64,000 bases of DNA from positions 292,046 to 356,045 of the forward strand of contig NW_015171562.1 of assembly GCF_001447785.1 (NCBI RefSeq), written 5' to 3'. Origin of the DNA: Gekko japonicus (taxonomy: Eukaryota). Of the stretch, positions 1 through 14,069 are shown in pieces; within the stretch, counting starts at the first letter, position 1, and every line of letters begins with the position of its first letter. Below the pieces are notes generated by a model. The model was given only the letters and a program-made list of their open reading frames with translations, had not been told where the DNA came from and ran no database searches. A program made the translations under genes and the position numbers.

Positions 1-427
1 CCCACCCAACCCTAATCCACTGCCACCACCCTGTCCTCACCCACGTGCGGCGGGCCCCGGAACAGGCCACCTTTCTGAAAGGCTTGCTGTGGAGATCCAT
101 CAGCCTCATTTTTCCCCTCTAGGACTGCACAGCCTCATTTTGGGTGCCACTGGCCACAGTGTGCACCCCCACCACCCGGTTCCTACCCACCTATCTGACC
201 CTTTGCTGCAGGGAGGCACCAAGGCGGCAGGCCACCCTGTGGCCGGCACCTGCTTCACAAACCCTTCTCTGCCCATTCCTAAATATTGAACTTCCCACCT
301 CCAGAGAGAGGCCCTCTGCATTGGGGGATGGTGGCTGGCTGGCCGGCCAGGGAAAGGAAGATGGCTTCTGCCTTCCCCAGACTGTCCCTCTCCTGCCCAA
401 GAACTGGGCAGCTCTTGCTCCCCCCCC

Positions 428-430
<3 letters not shown>

Positions 431-464
<34 letters not shown>
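431..464. repeat. (AC)n microsatellite
   Basis: Direct reading. Confidence 0.95.
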
Positions 465-466
<2 letters not shown>

Positions 467-645
467 GTCTATGGGATTGGAAGGAACCCAGGAGGCACAC
501 CTCTGACCAGCTTCCCGGAGGCCGGCCGGCCGGCCTGCCCAACGTGGCTCACCCAATGGCTAGACTGCTCAGCAGGGGTTTCCCCGCTTGCAGTCAGAGG
601 GCTTTTCCTGAATTTTTGCAGATACACTTTGAGATATCCCCACAG

Positions 646-770
646 TAAGAACATCAGGAGAGCCCTGCTGGATGTGACCAGTGAGGGTCCCTCTGGTCCA
701 GCATCCTGTTTCCTACAGTGGCCAAGCAGTTATTCTGGAGGGCCGACAACAGGGCAGAGAGGCTGAGGCC
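646..770 (-). mobile_element. CR1-type LINE 3' end fragment
   Basis: TAAGAACATCAGGAGAGCCCTGCTGGAT..CAGGGCAGAGAGGCTGAGGCC; the same motif recurs at ~29640, ~29985 (attached to CR1 body) and 45038. Confidence 0.65.
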
Positions 771-1654
771 TGAAAGTTTGGGAAAAGGAGAGAAAACATG
801 CAAGATAACGGAGTGAACACGAGAAGATGAATGTTTGATGTTCTCACCACCACCACCACCACCACGGCCACGTTGGGAACAGAAGGTGGTTGCTGGGCTG
901 GTTGTCAGGACAGTGCCAGTGCTTGTGCATGGACCCCGGCACGAAGCGCCCTGGCCCTGCCTCTGCACCCTCCTCGCCCACAGTCTCCCTGGCACCCAGG
1001 AGAGCGTGCTGGAGAGGGCCTGTGGGTCTCAGTGGGGCAGGCGGGCTTGGCTTCCTCTGGAGCACCACCCCAGCCTGCGCTTGGGCCAGGGCCCTCCTTG
1101 GGCAGAGCGAGCCCTGGAGGGGCTGGTGGGGATGGCCAGCTGCTTCCCTTCCTGCATCTCCTGCCTCTGGGAGCCGCATGGGCCCAGAGAGCCTCCGCTC
1201 GCCCTCGGGTGCTCGACACTAATGCAAAACAGCGTGGAAACCCCATCCCCCATCGAGAGTGGCCGGAGGCAGCCCCGCAGCCAGCCAGAGTGGCTTGCCA
1301 TCGCTGCTCAAGGGAGGGGGGGGGGAGCCTTTGATTTGTTCCACTAGGTCTAGTCGGCGACAGGGAGTGCTTTCTTTGGGGCACCATTTTGGACGGTCTT
1401 GTCCGATCCCCCGAGGGGTGCAGCCCACTGGTAAGTTCCCCCGCACAAGGCTCTCAGTGGGGCTGGCACAGAAGACCTTCCTGGCAGATGGGACCTGGTG
1501 CGAATTAGGAGGCTGTCTGGACACACACACGCCTCGCCCTGGGCGTTTCCACCATTGTTTTCCATTAATGTCACCCATCCCTGGGCCGTGTTTTCATTCC
1601 CACTCACTGCTGCGGCCGAGAGCTGCGCCTGATGTCCCCCGTGTCCCTTTCCAG

Positions 1655-4600
1655 CTGGACCCGGAGGCAAGCGCGGCCCTGAAGGAGCTCCAGGTCAAGC
1701 TCAGCGGTGTCCTGGATGAGCTCAGTGTGATCTTTGGGGCCAGGTAAGAAGGGCGCCGGCTCCCGAGGGGCCCCACCCCGCTCGTCTCCGCAGAGCTCCG
1801 TGGAGCAGAGTCTTCCTGGCCTGGCCGCCCCCACGGCAGAGGCCGGAGCGCCAGTTGCCACACGGGGGGGAGGACGTCTTGCCAAGCTGAGAGGCAGCTT
1901 GTAGAGTGGCCCACTTGGAGACCCCCTCTGTGTGCGTGCCACAGGGCCACAGGGAGGGAACAGGAGGGGGGAGGCGCCTCCAGGCTGGGGAGGCAGAGGG
2001 GTCGGGGCGTGTCCTCAGCCCAGGGCCGGTTTGCCCCTCTCCGCCCCAGCTTCCAGCCTGTCATTGAGGACTGCGTGAGGCAGATGAGCTTGGAGTTAAA
2101 TCAGATGCGAGGCAACGGAGCTGCAGCCCAGAACAGCAGTGCTGTGGAAGCGGAGATCGTGCTGCGCCCGCTGATGGACTTCCTCGACAAAACGTGAGGA
2201 GAGCCGTGTGGAGAGGCCAGAGGGGGTCCCTCCCCCCCCCCGGGGCCCTGCAGGTGGACGGGTGGTGGTGGTGGAAGCCGAGGGGCTCTCCCAGCACCGA
2301 GGGGGCTGCAGGGCGGCTGCCAGAGTCCTCCACGCCTGGGAGGAGGCCTCCCGCTCCGGCCCCGGCCCATCCCCTTAGCCCCCCCCCCACTGTTCCCAGA
2401 GATGTGCCAGACTGCTGCGTGTGCGGGAGCCCTGCAGCCAGCAGCAGGTCCCGTGAGAGCAGCCCATGGTGCGTGCGTGCGTGCGTGTCTGATGCTGGCT
2501 TCTGCGTTGGGGAGGCCTCCGGGTCCTCTGCGAGAGGCACGTGTGGGGAAGGTGGCCCCCGCTGTACTGAGGGGGATCCACCCCCTCCCTCTAGAACACC
2601 CCAGAATGGGTGGGGGTGGGGGTGGGCGGTAGCATTCGCACTGCTGGCGCTTTCTCCTGAAGCCTTCCGGTGCCGGTTCTCGTGTGACCCTCCAGCTCAG
2701 CGTGGGCAGGTCCTTGCCTGTCGGGCCCTCTGGCCTCAGCAGTGGCTGAGTCCATGGCAGTCCTGGTGGCTGACCCTGCTGGGGAGAGAGCCGTAGGGGC
2801 TTTCTGGCCGGGCCCCTCCACCCTGAGTGGGGAAGCAACCAGCAGCAGCAGCACTCAGTCGAGTCTCCTGGCTGGGAGAGAGGAGAGTAGCCCTGATAGA
2901 CTGAGAGAGAGAGAGAGAGCACATCCTGTTCCTCCTGGCCAAGGACTGGAAGGGTCCCCTTCCCCCTCAGCCCTCTCCCAGCAGGGCACAAGCAGACATC
3001 GGCAGCACTCGGNNNNNNNNNNNNNNNNNNNNACCACGGAGAGAGGAGAGGGCCGTGCCTGAGCTCACTGGCCACCAGGGGGTGCGATTGAGGCCCTCCC
3101 TCCCCCCCCCCTGGAGACACTTCCCCACCCCTTCCCCGATGTAGGCGCAGACGTTTCCCCCAGGCCTGCTTTTGGGTTGCAGGGGAAAGAGGCCCGGCCC
3201 TTGAAAAGCCCCTTACTGGCCTGTGTCTCCGCCTGGAGTCGGCTCTCTCTGCTCCCTTCCTTCCAGCCTGAGTCTCTCGGCCAAGATCTGTGAGAAGACG
3301 GTTCTGAAGCGGGTGCTGAAGGAGCTCTGGAAGCAAGTCCTGAACAAAATCGAGGCGCAGATTGTGCTCCCCCCGCTGACGGACCAGACTGTAAGCCCCC
3401 CCGCTCTCCCTCCCTCCCCTCCCCCCAGGGGGGGGGTCCGCCACCCTCCTAGGGCCGCCTCCGGGGTCACCAGGCCCATGCCGCCACTGTCCCCGGGACT
3501 TTCCAGTCGGAGGGGCCCTCAATCCCCAGGCCCAGTTCAGAAGGGGGGAAGGGGACTGAGTTCCCCCCCCCGAAAGAGCCCCCGGGAGCTGCCATGGGCC
3601 CCCCTGCGGAAACCATCCGTCCATGGGATGGTCCCCAGAGATCAGCACCCCCCCCCCCGAGATATCTCTAGCTTGGGAGACGGGGTGGAGGTGGGGGGCT
3701 TGAGCCACTGATGCGGGAATGAGGGCCGGCCAGGGCCAGGGCTCCCTGCCTGCCAGCCAAGAGGAGGGGGAGGAGGCACGGGGCCTCTCCTCACTCAGTC
3801 CCCGGGAGCGGGGGGCGGGGCAGGCGGGCGGAGTGTCGGTGTTAGACCTCTGCCTTCCTGAAGTGGGGCCGACTGTGGGCGCCAGAGCCACGGGGGGGGG
3901 AGGGGCATCACCAGGCCCAGGGAGCCCAAGGCCACCTTCCGTTGGCTCTCGGTGCCGCTACTCACGCGGGGCTCGTCCCCCCCCNNNNNNNNNNNNNNNN
4001 NNNNNNNNNNNNNNNNNNNNNNNNNNNNNNNNNNNNNNNNNNNNNNNNNNNNNNNNNNNNNNNNNNNNNNNNNNNNNNNNNNNNTGTGTGTGGGGGGGGG
4101 GAGTGTGATTTTCTCTGCCTGGAGAGAAGGAAGTGGGGGAGGGGGCTGAGGGAAGGGAAGGAGGGTGGAAACCGCTCCCCATGCCCTCCCGTTTCCTGGC
4201 CTCTTCGACGGGGCCTTCTCCGTGCCGGGGCGGGCGCAGCACTTGTGAGGCCACTGCCCGCAGGCGGGCAGGCGGGCAGAGACAGGCCTGGGGAGGCCCT
4301 CGGCAGACGGGGCATCCGTCCTGAGTGACTCGCGGCGGTGGCTGCCCTCTGGCCCCACCCTTCCCGACCACATCCCCCCCCGGCGGCAGGGGCCGTGGCC
4401 AGACCGTACAGCGGCTGGGTGTTGAGCAGAACAGGATGGCCCCGTCTCCCTGCCTGACACCTTCCAGCCTGCGCGTGGGATGCTGGTGGTGGGGGTGGCA
4501 GACTCTCTCCGTGGCTGGCCTTGCTCAAGGCGGGCAGCAGACTCCGAAGAGCAGTTCTGGCCGAGCGCCTCCCCTGGACGCAACAGCAAGGCTCGGGTGG

Positions 4601-7600
4601 CGGGACTGGATCGCACCGGCGGGCGAGGGAGGTCTCAGGCTGGCCTGTCTGCCTTCTCTTCACAGGGGCCCCAGATCATCTTCAGTGCGGCCAAAGACTT
4701 GGGGCAGCTGTCAAAGCTGAAGGTACACGTGCCCTTCTGCGCGCCCCGCGGGGAACAGCCGTGGCTCTCCCGTGGCCGAGAGCTGCTCACCAGAGCCGGC
4801 CAGTGGGGTGTCCGGCCGAAGCCCCTTGTTGTCCGCGCTGGCGATGCCTCTTCCGGAGCCCTGCAGGCATGGTGGTGCTGGCGGGGGGTGGGGTGGGTCT
4901 CTTGGCTCCCCATGGGGCGAAGCGGTTTGGCTGTCGCTTGCCAAGGCCTCGGGGGTGCCCAGATTGCGCCTTCTTTCCCAGGATCACGTCATTCGAGAAG
5001 AAGCCAAGAGCCTGACCCTGAGGCAGTGTGCTGTCATGGACGTGGTGCTGGCAACCATTAAGGTAGGGCTTAATGAGGGGACTTGGCCAGGCACTGGCGG
5101 GGGGGGGGGGGGGGGGGGGGGTGAAAACCCTCCTTGAGGCCCAAGAGCCCAAGGGCCCCCATTGCCCCCGGGTCCGCTTGAACCGCACTCTCTCCCCCGG
5201 GCAGCAGCCAGAAGGCACGCTCTGAGTACCAGGGGATGCACACACACACACACACACACACATACACACACGTGCATTCGGGGAAGTGAACCAACCAAGC
5301 GATTTGAAAACTTGGATCTCCCCTAAAATGCCCTCAGGTGGAAGTTTCTGTCCCCAGAAGCAAGGCCCTCCCCTCCCCCCCGGCTGCGGCTGCTGCAGCA
5401 GCTCACCAAAAGCCCCCTGGAAGGCTGTTTGGGGGGGGCGAGGGGGGACAGCATGGCCTGTCCACGGTGACCGTTGCCGGGTGGGGTGAGCAGAGGCCTC
5501 CTCCTCCTCCTCCTCACCTGCTTCCCTCCTCCAGGCAGCCAAGGGAAGTGAATCCCGTCATTCCCTCAGGCCCCCCTCAGCCGTTTCGGAACTACTGAGG
5601 AAGACGTGTCTCATTAGGCACTTCATTAAGTAACGGTTAGCTAATGAAATCTCTCTCCCAGCAGCCAAAGTCTCTCAGCCCGCATCCAGAGCTGCTCGGC
5701 CAGAGTGCCCGGCAGAGCTATGCTTCTGGGCGCTTCCGCCTGGGAGTGCCAAAGGCACCGGGGGGCTTGGAAGCAGCTCTTGGGGGAGGGGCAGCTGGAG
5801 GGGCTGTGAGCCATTCCCCCCCCCCCGGCAGGCCCCCTTATGCCCCCGTGTGTGGGCCCACGAAGCCTGCACCGCTTGAAATGGCCTCTGCTTCCCAGGC
5901 GCTTGGGGGCGCACGCACGCACGCACTCCCTGCATAGGCAGCGGCTCCCGCTTTCCTGCTGCTGCTCCCGCCGCCTCCTCCCTCCGGTGCCTTCCGGGCT
6001 TCCCCATGGCCCGTCGCTCGGGTTGGGGAATTCCCTGGGGGTGCCGAGGATCAGCAGCCAGAGGAGCCCCCAGAGCCAAGGGCCGGCTCCGCTTCCCACA
6101 GAGCCCGTGGCCACCCTAAGAGCAGGAGGCTTCGTGGCCGCTGGGCACAGGCCCCCTGCCCTGCCCCCAGCTGCGGTGGTCTCCTGTGGTTTATTTAACG
6201 GGTTTTTACCCTTTTGGCTTCTTTTTGCTGCACCATCGAGCTTGTGGGAAGCGGCACACCAGTGTTTTCTGAAGCGGGAGCCCCCTTCCCAGCCACGGGG
6301 TCCAGAGGGGCCCCTGTGGTCCCACCGTGGCACAGTCCTTAGCCAAGGCCTTGTTCTGCGTTGGGAGAACTCCCGTTGGCTGCTTGCCCATCCTTCCCAG
6401 TCCTGCCACCGACTGGCCCAGTCCATGCTTTTCTGGCAGGCAGGGCGTGAGCCCATTGGCATAATAAATGGGGGTGGGTGGGTGGCTAAAACACGCCTGC
6501 CTTTGGGGTGGGGGTGATAGACCCCCATTTCTGTTCTGGATGCAGTCTGCGATTACTGTACGGGAAAGGGCCCGGCTTCAGCACTCGGAGCGTGCCCAGC
6601 TCCTTCGAAGAAGACCGGAATAAAAATAGGGCAGGGCTGGTAAATGACCCTTCCCTGCCCGCCATGTAGCCGTTCATGTGGTTGCCTCTTGGGGGTCTTT
6701 GCCTGGGGCTGCCGCCATAGAGTTAGGCCTTTATAGGCTGGAGGGGCAGGCGGGGGGGGGGGGAGAGTTCGGTCCAGATGCGTGTGTCCTGTGGCCTCCG
6801 TCCTGCCCTCTGCTGGTGGAGGGGGTAGGCCTCCTCCTCTCCGGCACCAGGTGAGAAGCCGGCCGGGCCAGACAGGGAACGTTCTCCTCTCACCTCTCTG
6901 CTTCTCCTTCCAGCAATACTTCCATGCCGGGGGAAGCGGGCTGAAGAAGAACTTCTTGGAGAAGAGTCCAGACTTGCAGTCTCTCAAATATGCACTCAAC
7001 CTTTACACTCAGACAACAGATGTCCTGATCAAGAAGTTCATTGACACCCAGACGTCCCAAAGTAAGTGGCTGGGCATGGGTGGACAGGCTGCCGCCGCCG
7101 CCTCCTCCTCCTCCTCCAGGGAGCGTGAGAGAAACACCGAGGCCAGGAAGGGCTCCATGCAGCGCTTGCTCCCTGTGTAGGCGGCCGTTCCTTGATGGAA
7201 AGGAGGCTGTCTGGTACTTTGCAGCTTGGGGAAAGAGCTCCTTGCTCGGGCTCCAGTTCCAGGTGCCAGTTAACAGGGTGCTGAATCTTCAGCTCCGTGG
7301 AAGAGGAGTTGTGGAGACCAGCCCTGGTGGGGGTTGCTGCTTCCACAGCCCGTCCTCCCCGTCCCCGCTCCCTTGAGAGCTCCTTCCCTGCGACGGGGGG
7401 AGCCACTGGCCAAGAGGTCCTGCCCCACAAAGGGCTGGGGAGTGATCTGACCTGTACTTCCCTCTCCTCGGCGGACGACGGTCCCCCCTGCCTTCTGGGT
7501 CTGATCCGGAGTCCAGGGAAGGGGCTCGTCTCCACCATCTCAAGGCCACACAGACAACCGTCTTTCCGAGTGACCACAAGGATGCCACGGCACATCCCCA

Positions 7601-10600
7601 CCGGGAGAACAGAGGCCTCTGTTTCTCACGCCCACACGCATTTGCCACAGGCTCATTTTGTGAGCAGAAGTATTTGCTTGCTGATCTAAGAGTGGCTGTC
7701 TTGCCTCTCAGGGGGTGGGTGGGAAAGTGCTAATTGCAGAGCTTTGGCAGAGAATGTGCGTGCGTGCGTGCGTGCCTCTTCACAGTGGAGCAGGTGAGAT
7801 GGAGCATGAGCACACAGTCCCTCCCCCTGCCACAAACGAGTGCATCTGGGCCATTTGTAGGCTGAGTGGAATTGGAACCCCCCGACCATTTCTGTTTTTA
7901 GAGCTTGAGGTACTGGGAACTTTCTAAGGCGTCACCCTTTGAGGGTGGAAGATCGTCAGAATTCAGTGCCTTCTCATCCATCGGAAGACTTCAGCATTTC
8001 CTTATCTTTCTTTCCTTCTCCACCCCCCTGGCGTACGGGTCTTCTCTGTAAATCTTGCTTCAGTCCCTTTTACAGTCCTTTGGCTGGCCAAAGTTCTGGA
8101 GAAACCTGCACTCCTGAAGGCTGCTCCCCCCGCCCTGCCCCCCTTTCCAGCGCTGCCTTCATAAGGAGATGAGGTTTGGGCTGTTCTGCTGGCGTTAATC
8201 CACTTAGTTCATGGGCTTGGATAAAGTCTTTATTTTCCAATTACTTTGTGTTTGTACACAACCGTGGGAGAATAATTGAAGAGGTCTCCCGTGTTCATCT
8301 TATTTAATAATAGTGCTTCTGCAAGGCAGATTAAAACTCCCCCCCCCCCACGCCTGTGGGTGACTATCGCAGGGCTGCGCTGAAGCGTGGGCAGGCATCC
8401 AGAAGGCCTCGGCCTTTGCTTCGGGCCTGGGTTTTGAACCACAGCCGGAAACGGAGAGAAGAGCCACAGGGGGAATGGCCTGATGGAAAGAATGCCTGAG
8501 GCCAATTGGGTTGGGCACCAGCACTGCCCCACCCTGACTCCCCCCTTTGACTCCGTGGGGCCCTGGAGCAGCCGACCTTGGGGGGGGGGGTTTCCCCGGG
8601 GCATTCCGTCTGGCTCAGGAGGCCTCCCTCCGCAGAGCCCATTCAGCCTGCAGCCACAGAGGCCCTGCGCATGCAGGAGCACACTCCACCCAGCTGCATC
8701 TTGGGAGCAGAGGGTCTCCAGCTGCTCAGGTGCTCCAGAGGCACTCACGGCTGCCATCCCCTCTCCCTCGCTGCCTTCTTGCCGCACACCCAGAAACCGA
8801 CCGCTCATCTCGACCCCCCTAGGCAGTGGGTGTCCGGCAGAAAGGGGACGTGTGCTGCAAAGGAAGTTCGAGGAAACTGTTTCAGCCTGAAACGGGCAGG
8901 GTGCACAACAGAGCTCATGAGACCGGGCGTGGCTTTTTGTGCTTCCCGCCCTCTCCGTTTTAGACGAGAATAAATCTAAACAGTGCGACACAAGCACGAC
9001 ACTCCCCCCCCCCCACACACACACCCAGGCACTTGGGGGCCGCAGCTGAGTCAGAACAGGATCTCTCCTTTCCCAAAGCCTGTGCAGAAGCCGGACTCCT
9101 CCCTCCCTTGCCCCCGGGTGGCTTGAAGCAAACGAAGCGTTTTCCCGAGGCCCATATGCCCGCCTTCTCCAGAAAGGAGCCCCCTCCCCTCTCCTTGGAA
9201 GAGTCCTTTAGACAAGATGGGAGATGCCGTTCAGGGAGACTGGGGCAATTGCCCCCCTCCCCCCCGTGTCCCCAGCCCTATGGGATTGTTCCTCTGGAGC
9301 CCCACTTCCTGATTTTGCACTGAGGACCAGGAGCATTGTCCGGGGCGGGGGCGAGGGGGGGTTGCTGTGTCATGTCTTGAGTTAGTGAGATGATTAGAAT
9401 GGTTAGGTCTGAAACCACCCAAATAGCCTTTGGCACTGTGGCATTTGCTCTACAATTAACCGTGCTTGTGTCCAAGGGGGGGCCTTTGGCTCTTTCTCTG
9501 TTCCCCCCCCCCCCGTTCACTGAAACTTTTGCCCCACCCTCTGGGCCACGCTGGGCGGGCCTTAACGGCATAGGCGTAATCTTCGTGGGGGCGACGGGGC
9601 TTCAGCCCCCGCCGAAATTTTCAGGAAGCTGCTCAGCCTCCCCCGGGAGCCACCCTTGTTCCTAGCACAGCAATGCCTCTGGCCCAGCCCCAGCCTCCCT
9701 CCATTTGGAGAGTCCTTGAGGAGGCCGTCCCACCTGGAGCAGATCTGCCTCCCTGATAGGGTGCCCAGTGAGAGGATGAAAGCTTATTTTTAACAGCAGA
9801 TTTGGTTTTGTTTTGTTTTTTTAAAAGCAAGTTGGTGGTTATCCACCCAACTCCACCCTCCTGACCTTCCCAGCTCTTCTGCTGTCTGAGCTTCCCCCAG
9901 GGAGCTGGGTAGGTGGTTGGAGGACATGATCCCCCGTGATTCTGCAAGACAGGCCTGGCTCCCTCCGATGGCTGTGAGCCGGGGGGGGCGGACTCTCGCT
10001 CCAGGAAGCCGTGGCCTTCTTACGGAGCCAAAGCACCTGAGCTGGAGGGGGGGGGCGGCACCGGTCCTTCCTTCCCGGGCCACTGAGGCCGAGGCCTGCT
10101 GCTGACCAGGCTGCGGAGGTTTCTGCTGCTGGCCCTCGGAATGTGGCTGTCAGGAAGTTCAGCCTCAGGACACGTGTGGCTCTCTTGTTCGGCCAGGTGT
10201 GGGTGTGGGTGTGGTCTGCCCCCGTATCCCCTGGGAGGAGGGGCCGTGGGTGGGCACAGTTCACCAGCAGCCCCGGCTGTGCTATGGGCCGTGCTTGGCC
10301 GGATGTTGTGGTGGCCTCCCAGAGCCCGGGGGCAGCTCTGTCTCAGCGGCGGGAACTCTGTAGGGATTCCCCTTCCATTTCAGCAGAGGAACCTGGGCTC
10401 AGCCCTGGGGAGCCGCAGGAAACCTACCAGCTGGCACCAGCCACTGGAGAGAGGGGAAGTCTCCGCTGGGCAAAGCGCGCGCGGGGGGGGGGGGGGGGGC
10501 GTTGGATACCTCCGGGGGAAGTCCTTGTGGGGCGGGAGTGGCTGCTGTGCTCTGCCGGTCAGGGAGGAAGGGGATCCTGCATTGCGGCACCCGCCTCCTC

Positions 10601-12574
10601 TCCCCGGCCCGCGGAGGGGAAGAGCCTTCCCTGCGCCTCAGTGTGGCTTCCTCGCCCCCGTCCGTCGCTGTCCGGGTGGAGATGCCAGGCAGAGTCCCGG
10701 AGGGGACAGGTCCCTCTCCCAGGGGCCCGGCCACACCAAAACTGGCCTTCCTTTGCAGGTCAGGCGACCAACAACACCGTAGGAGACATCTCTGTCCAGG
10801 TGGACCTGGCCACCCATCCTGGCTCCGGAGAGCATAAAGTCACCGTCAAAGGTCAGTCGGGAGCCACCGAAGCAGGACTGCCGGGTCCCAGAGGCTGCGT
10901 GTGGGGCGGGTCCCAGCATCCGGACCGCTGCAAAGCCAGAGCCTACGTTTGGACGTAGACGTCCGGCACACGGGGAGTGGGCAAGAGTGGCGGGGGAGGG
11001 GAGGCCCCTACTGCACATGTTCCTGCAGCTGTTCTGCACCAAGAGCCACGGGGGGGCGGGGTCTTGGGGAGGAGGCCTTGCTGCGAGGCACGGGGTAGGG
11101 GGCGACTCCCGGGTGGGGCCCGCAGCTCGGGTCCATTACAGGTGGGGCTTGTGGGGGAGGGCGCCCAAGAGGCCTCACGCTCATTGTGGGGAGCGGGAAG
11201 GTTTTTCCAGGGGAGTGTGTGTGTCTCCTCCCTCCCCCCCCGTTTTGCTGTTGGCCGTTCCAGTTTCCGGCTCCCCTCCTGCCTCTGGAAACGGAGCGGC
11301 CCCCGGCTCCGCGTAGCTCTCCTCCGGGGTCCCAGGCAGGCAGGCAGGCAGGCAGATGGAGGCTCAGCTGCCCCAAACCCTGTAAGGCGAGAGGTGCAGA
11401 GGATGGGCTCTGGACCCCGGAGGCTGCACAGGGCTCCCGCTGCCGGCCACCCCCCTTCCGAAGGCCTCCGTCCTGCATGCCCAGCCGTGGCCCTGCCTGC
11501 GCCTGAACTTCCCAGCTCACCTCGTCTCTTCCCCCGGCTCCACCAGGCCAGAGTGGGCCAGCCGCTCCCTCCTCCCCTTTCCCTGCCACTGGCCCCGCTC
11601 CGGCGCAGTCCCCTTCAGGGCCACTTACGCCAGAGGATGCCGTGGGGCCCACGGCCAAGGAATCCCTGCTGCTCTCCCTCAGGAGTGGGCTTGGGGTGGC
11701 GGCCTGCCGAGTCCGGCCCTTGTCCACTCTGCCTGGCAGCGGCCCCCTGGCATCTCGGGCGGCCCGACTCCCTCCCTGGACGGGAGATGCCCCCAGGGAC
11801 CCTCCGCGTGCGCTGGGCAGGCGCTCTGCCGTTGAGCCCGTTTGCTGTGCTGCGGTTTCAGTGGTGGCCATCAGCAACCTCCACTGGCAGACCAGCGCCA
11901 TGTTCCGGCCCTTTGTGGAGGTCTGCATCCTGGGCCCCGGCCTCAGCGACAAGAGGAGGAAGCACGGCACCAAGACCAAGAGCAACACCTGGTCACCCAA
12001 ATACAACGAGACATTCCAGTTGTAAGTGGGGCGGGGCTCATCTTCCGCGGGCACCCCCACGCAAATCCCGGCCCAAAGCAGGGCCACTCCGGCTGTCCCC
12101 GTCACCCAGGGCAGGCTCCTCTAGTCGGGCCCAGGCTGCCCCGGGCAGGGCCGCTCACGCGTGGCAAGGGAGGGCAGTTGGCGAGCCCTCTGTGTTGTGG
12201 GCTGGGGCGGAGCTGCTTCAGACCGAGCTCTGGTGCCTCAGGCCATGGTGGTCAACGCGGCCTGCCCCCTCCCTCCCTCCCTCCCCAGCCTGCTGAGCCA
12301 GGAGGAGAGGCTGGCCTCCTACGAGCTGCACCTCTCCGTGAAGGACTACTGCTTTGCCCGGGAGGACCGCATCCTCGGCATGGCCGTCATCCAGCTGCGT
12401 GGCGTGGCCGAGAGGGGCAGCGGCGCCGCCTGGTACCCACTGCTGCGGAGCCTCCACATGGACACGACCGGGCTGACCATCCTGCGGATACTTTCTCAGC
12501 GGACCAACGACGACGTGGCAAAAGAGTTTGTCCGACTCAAGTCTGAGACACGCTCCGTGGAGGAGACGGCCTGA
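1655..12574 (+). CDS. UNC13C: Protein unc-13 homolog C (Munc13-3), last 9 coding exons (MUN/MHD2 C-terminal part and C2C domain); gene begins upstream of the window
   Basis: GT-AG exons with compatible phases: 1655-1743 ([29 protein letters not shown]), 2050-2193 ([23 protein letters not shown]), 3267-3390 ([22 protein letters not shown]), 4666-4722 ([19 protein letters not shown]), 4982-5062, 6914-7061 ([28 protein letters not shown]), 10759-10851 ([12 protein letters not shown]), 11862-12021 ([27 protein letters not shown]), 12289-12574 ([29 protein letters not shown]). Paralog assigned by recalled sequence and synteny with RSL24D1/RAB27A. Confidence 0.95.
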
Positions 12575-13945
12575 AGCTCCTCGCAAGGAAATGCAAAACG
12601 TCAGCGCCAAAATCCTTGACCCAGTGTTATCGACGTCTGAATCATGCATGTGTGTGCAACTCTGTGGGAATGTTTAACTAACTCTGTTTCCGTGTTTGCA
12701 GAATATGAGTACTATATTTGCAAGGTATGTCAAAGAGCTGTAATATCTTTTATACGTATTTTGGTCTTTGAAAAGAAGTAACTGATTCAATGAAGTGCCA
12801 AAACTACAGTTAAGAGCAAAATTATTAACGGCATATTTTGAAATGTTGATTTTGTCTCCCCTGCTGTAAAGGTTTCCGAATAATGTGTCAGTTTTTTGGG
12901 TTGAGTCATTAGCTGTCTCCACTGAATGACCGTCTGCTGCCTATTCAACGTCGTCTTAACTGAGTTGTCTCCCCCCCCTCCCCCCCCCACCCTGTTTGGC
13001 CTGATCGCGGGTTTCCATTTTATGCAAACTCTGTTTTAAGTCTCCCCAAGACCTTTTTCTACCACAACTTACAGATGCAGTTACTTCAAGAAAGGGTTTG
13101 TAATTTTATAATTGCTGATATAAAGAAATAATTTTTTGCACACACTTTTAAAAAAAAAAGTGGAAATGTTTTATGCTGATGTTTTTTTCCAACCTTTCAT
13201 ATATATCACTGTGAAGAAATGCTGTTCCAGCATGGCCTCCGGACGCTATGCTTAACCACGTTTGTTACTGATGTTTGATATCTTGAAATAACTTTGTCCT
13301 CCCAAACTGCCAAGGTAACAACATCACATTTGTACTTCAAAGGGCAAGCCCGCCCCCCCCCGGTCCCGTCCCCAGTTCAGCGATCTGCGGAGGAGAGGCC
13401 TCTGCCTGCCGGTGAGGACTTCCGGGTTGGCCTTGTGGGGGCAAGTGACCGCCTTGCCCCCACCCGCCGTTGTCGATGGGGAGGGCCGCGGGGTGCCTCA
13501 GGAGGTGGCCGGGGCTTTGGAGCGCAGAGGACTGAAGGGGTTGGGCGGTAGGCACAGAGGCCCAGTGGGAGTGAATGGAGGGCCATTTTCCAGGGGGTCC
13601 CCCACGGGGTGCAGGCGCCTTGCAGAGTTGTGTGGGGTGCCCGGAGATGGAGTGCTGTGGGGTGAGTGAGGCGGAGGATGCTGCTGGGTGGTTTCCGCCG
13701 ACAGCCCCTTCAGGAGCAGCCGTGTTGCTGTTGACGGTTCTCGCTCTGACCATCACCAATGTTTTCTTTACCTCCTCAGCTGAAATCTCATTCGGCTACG
13801 TGCTTTCTTTCTTACTTTGATTTTCATACAAGTTCAAAGGTTTCTACTTATGCAACTTGACTGTGTCCTGCACTGAGGCAAAATCCATGTGCTGTAAATA
13901 TATTTCGTGAACAATTGTAAAATAAAACAAGAAACGGCCTCCTGT
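12575..13945 (+). other. UNC13C: UNC13C 3' UTR with poly(A) signal AATAAA at 13921-13926
   Basis: AT-rich sequence after the stop in a GC-rich context; TGTAAATA at 13893-13900; AATAAA at 13921. End position is approximate. Confidence 0.7.
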
Positions 13946-14069
13946 GGTCTCCTTGACATGAGTGCAGCTCCCCAGCCCTGGACCGGAGGGCGGCAGAGCT
14001 GACAGGGCACCCGGGGGCAGCTTCCGCCTGGGAAGAGGGCCAGCGATGCTGAGAGGGCCAAGGCCAGGG

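Noticed and set aside
2101-3891. 596-aa minus-strand ORF and many other 200-450 aa ORFs in the track
   Set aside because: Low-complexity P/G/R/A translations caused by stop-codon scarcity in GC-rich DNA, often spanning N gaps or antisense to real exons; no recognisable domains.
9330-9630. Possible MITE fragments in a UNC13C intron
   Set aside because: Repeat-like, but I could not define paired TIRs or TSDs.
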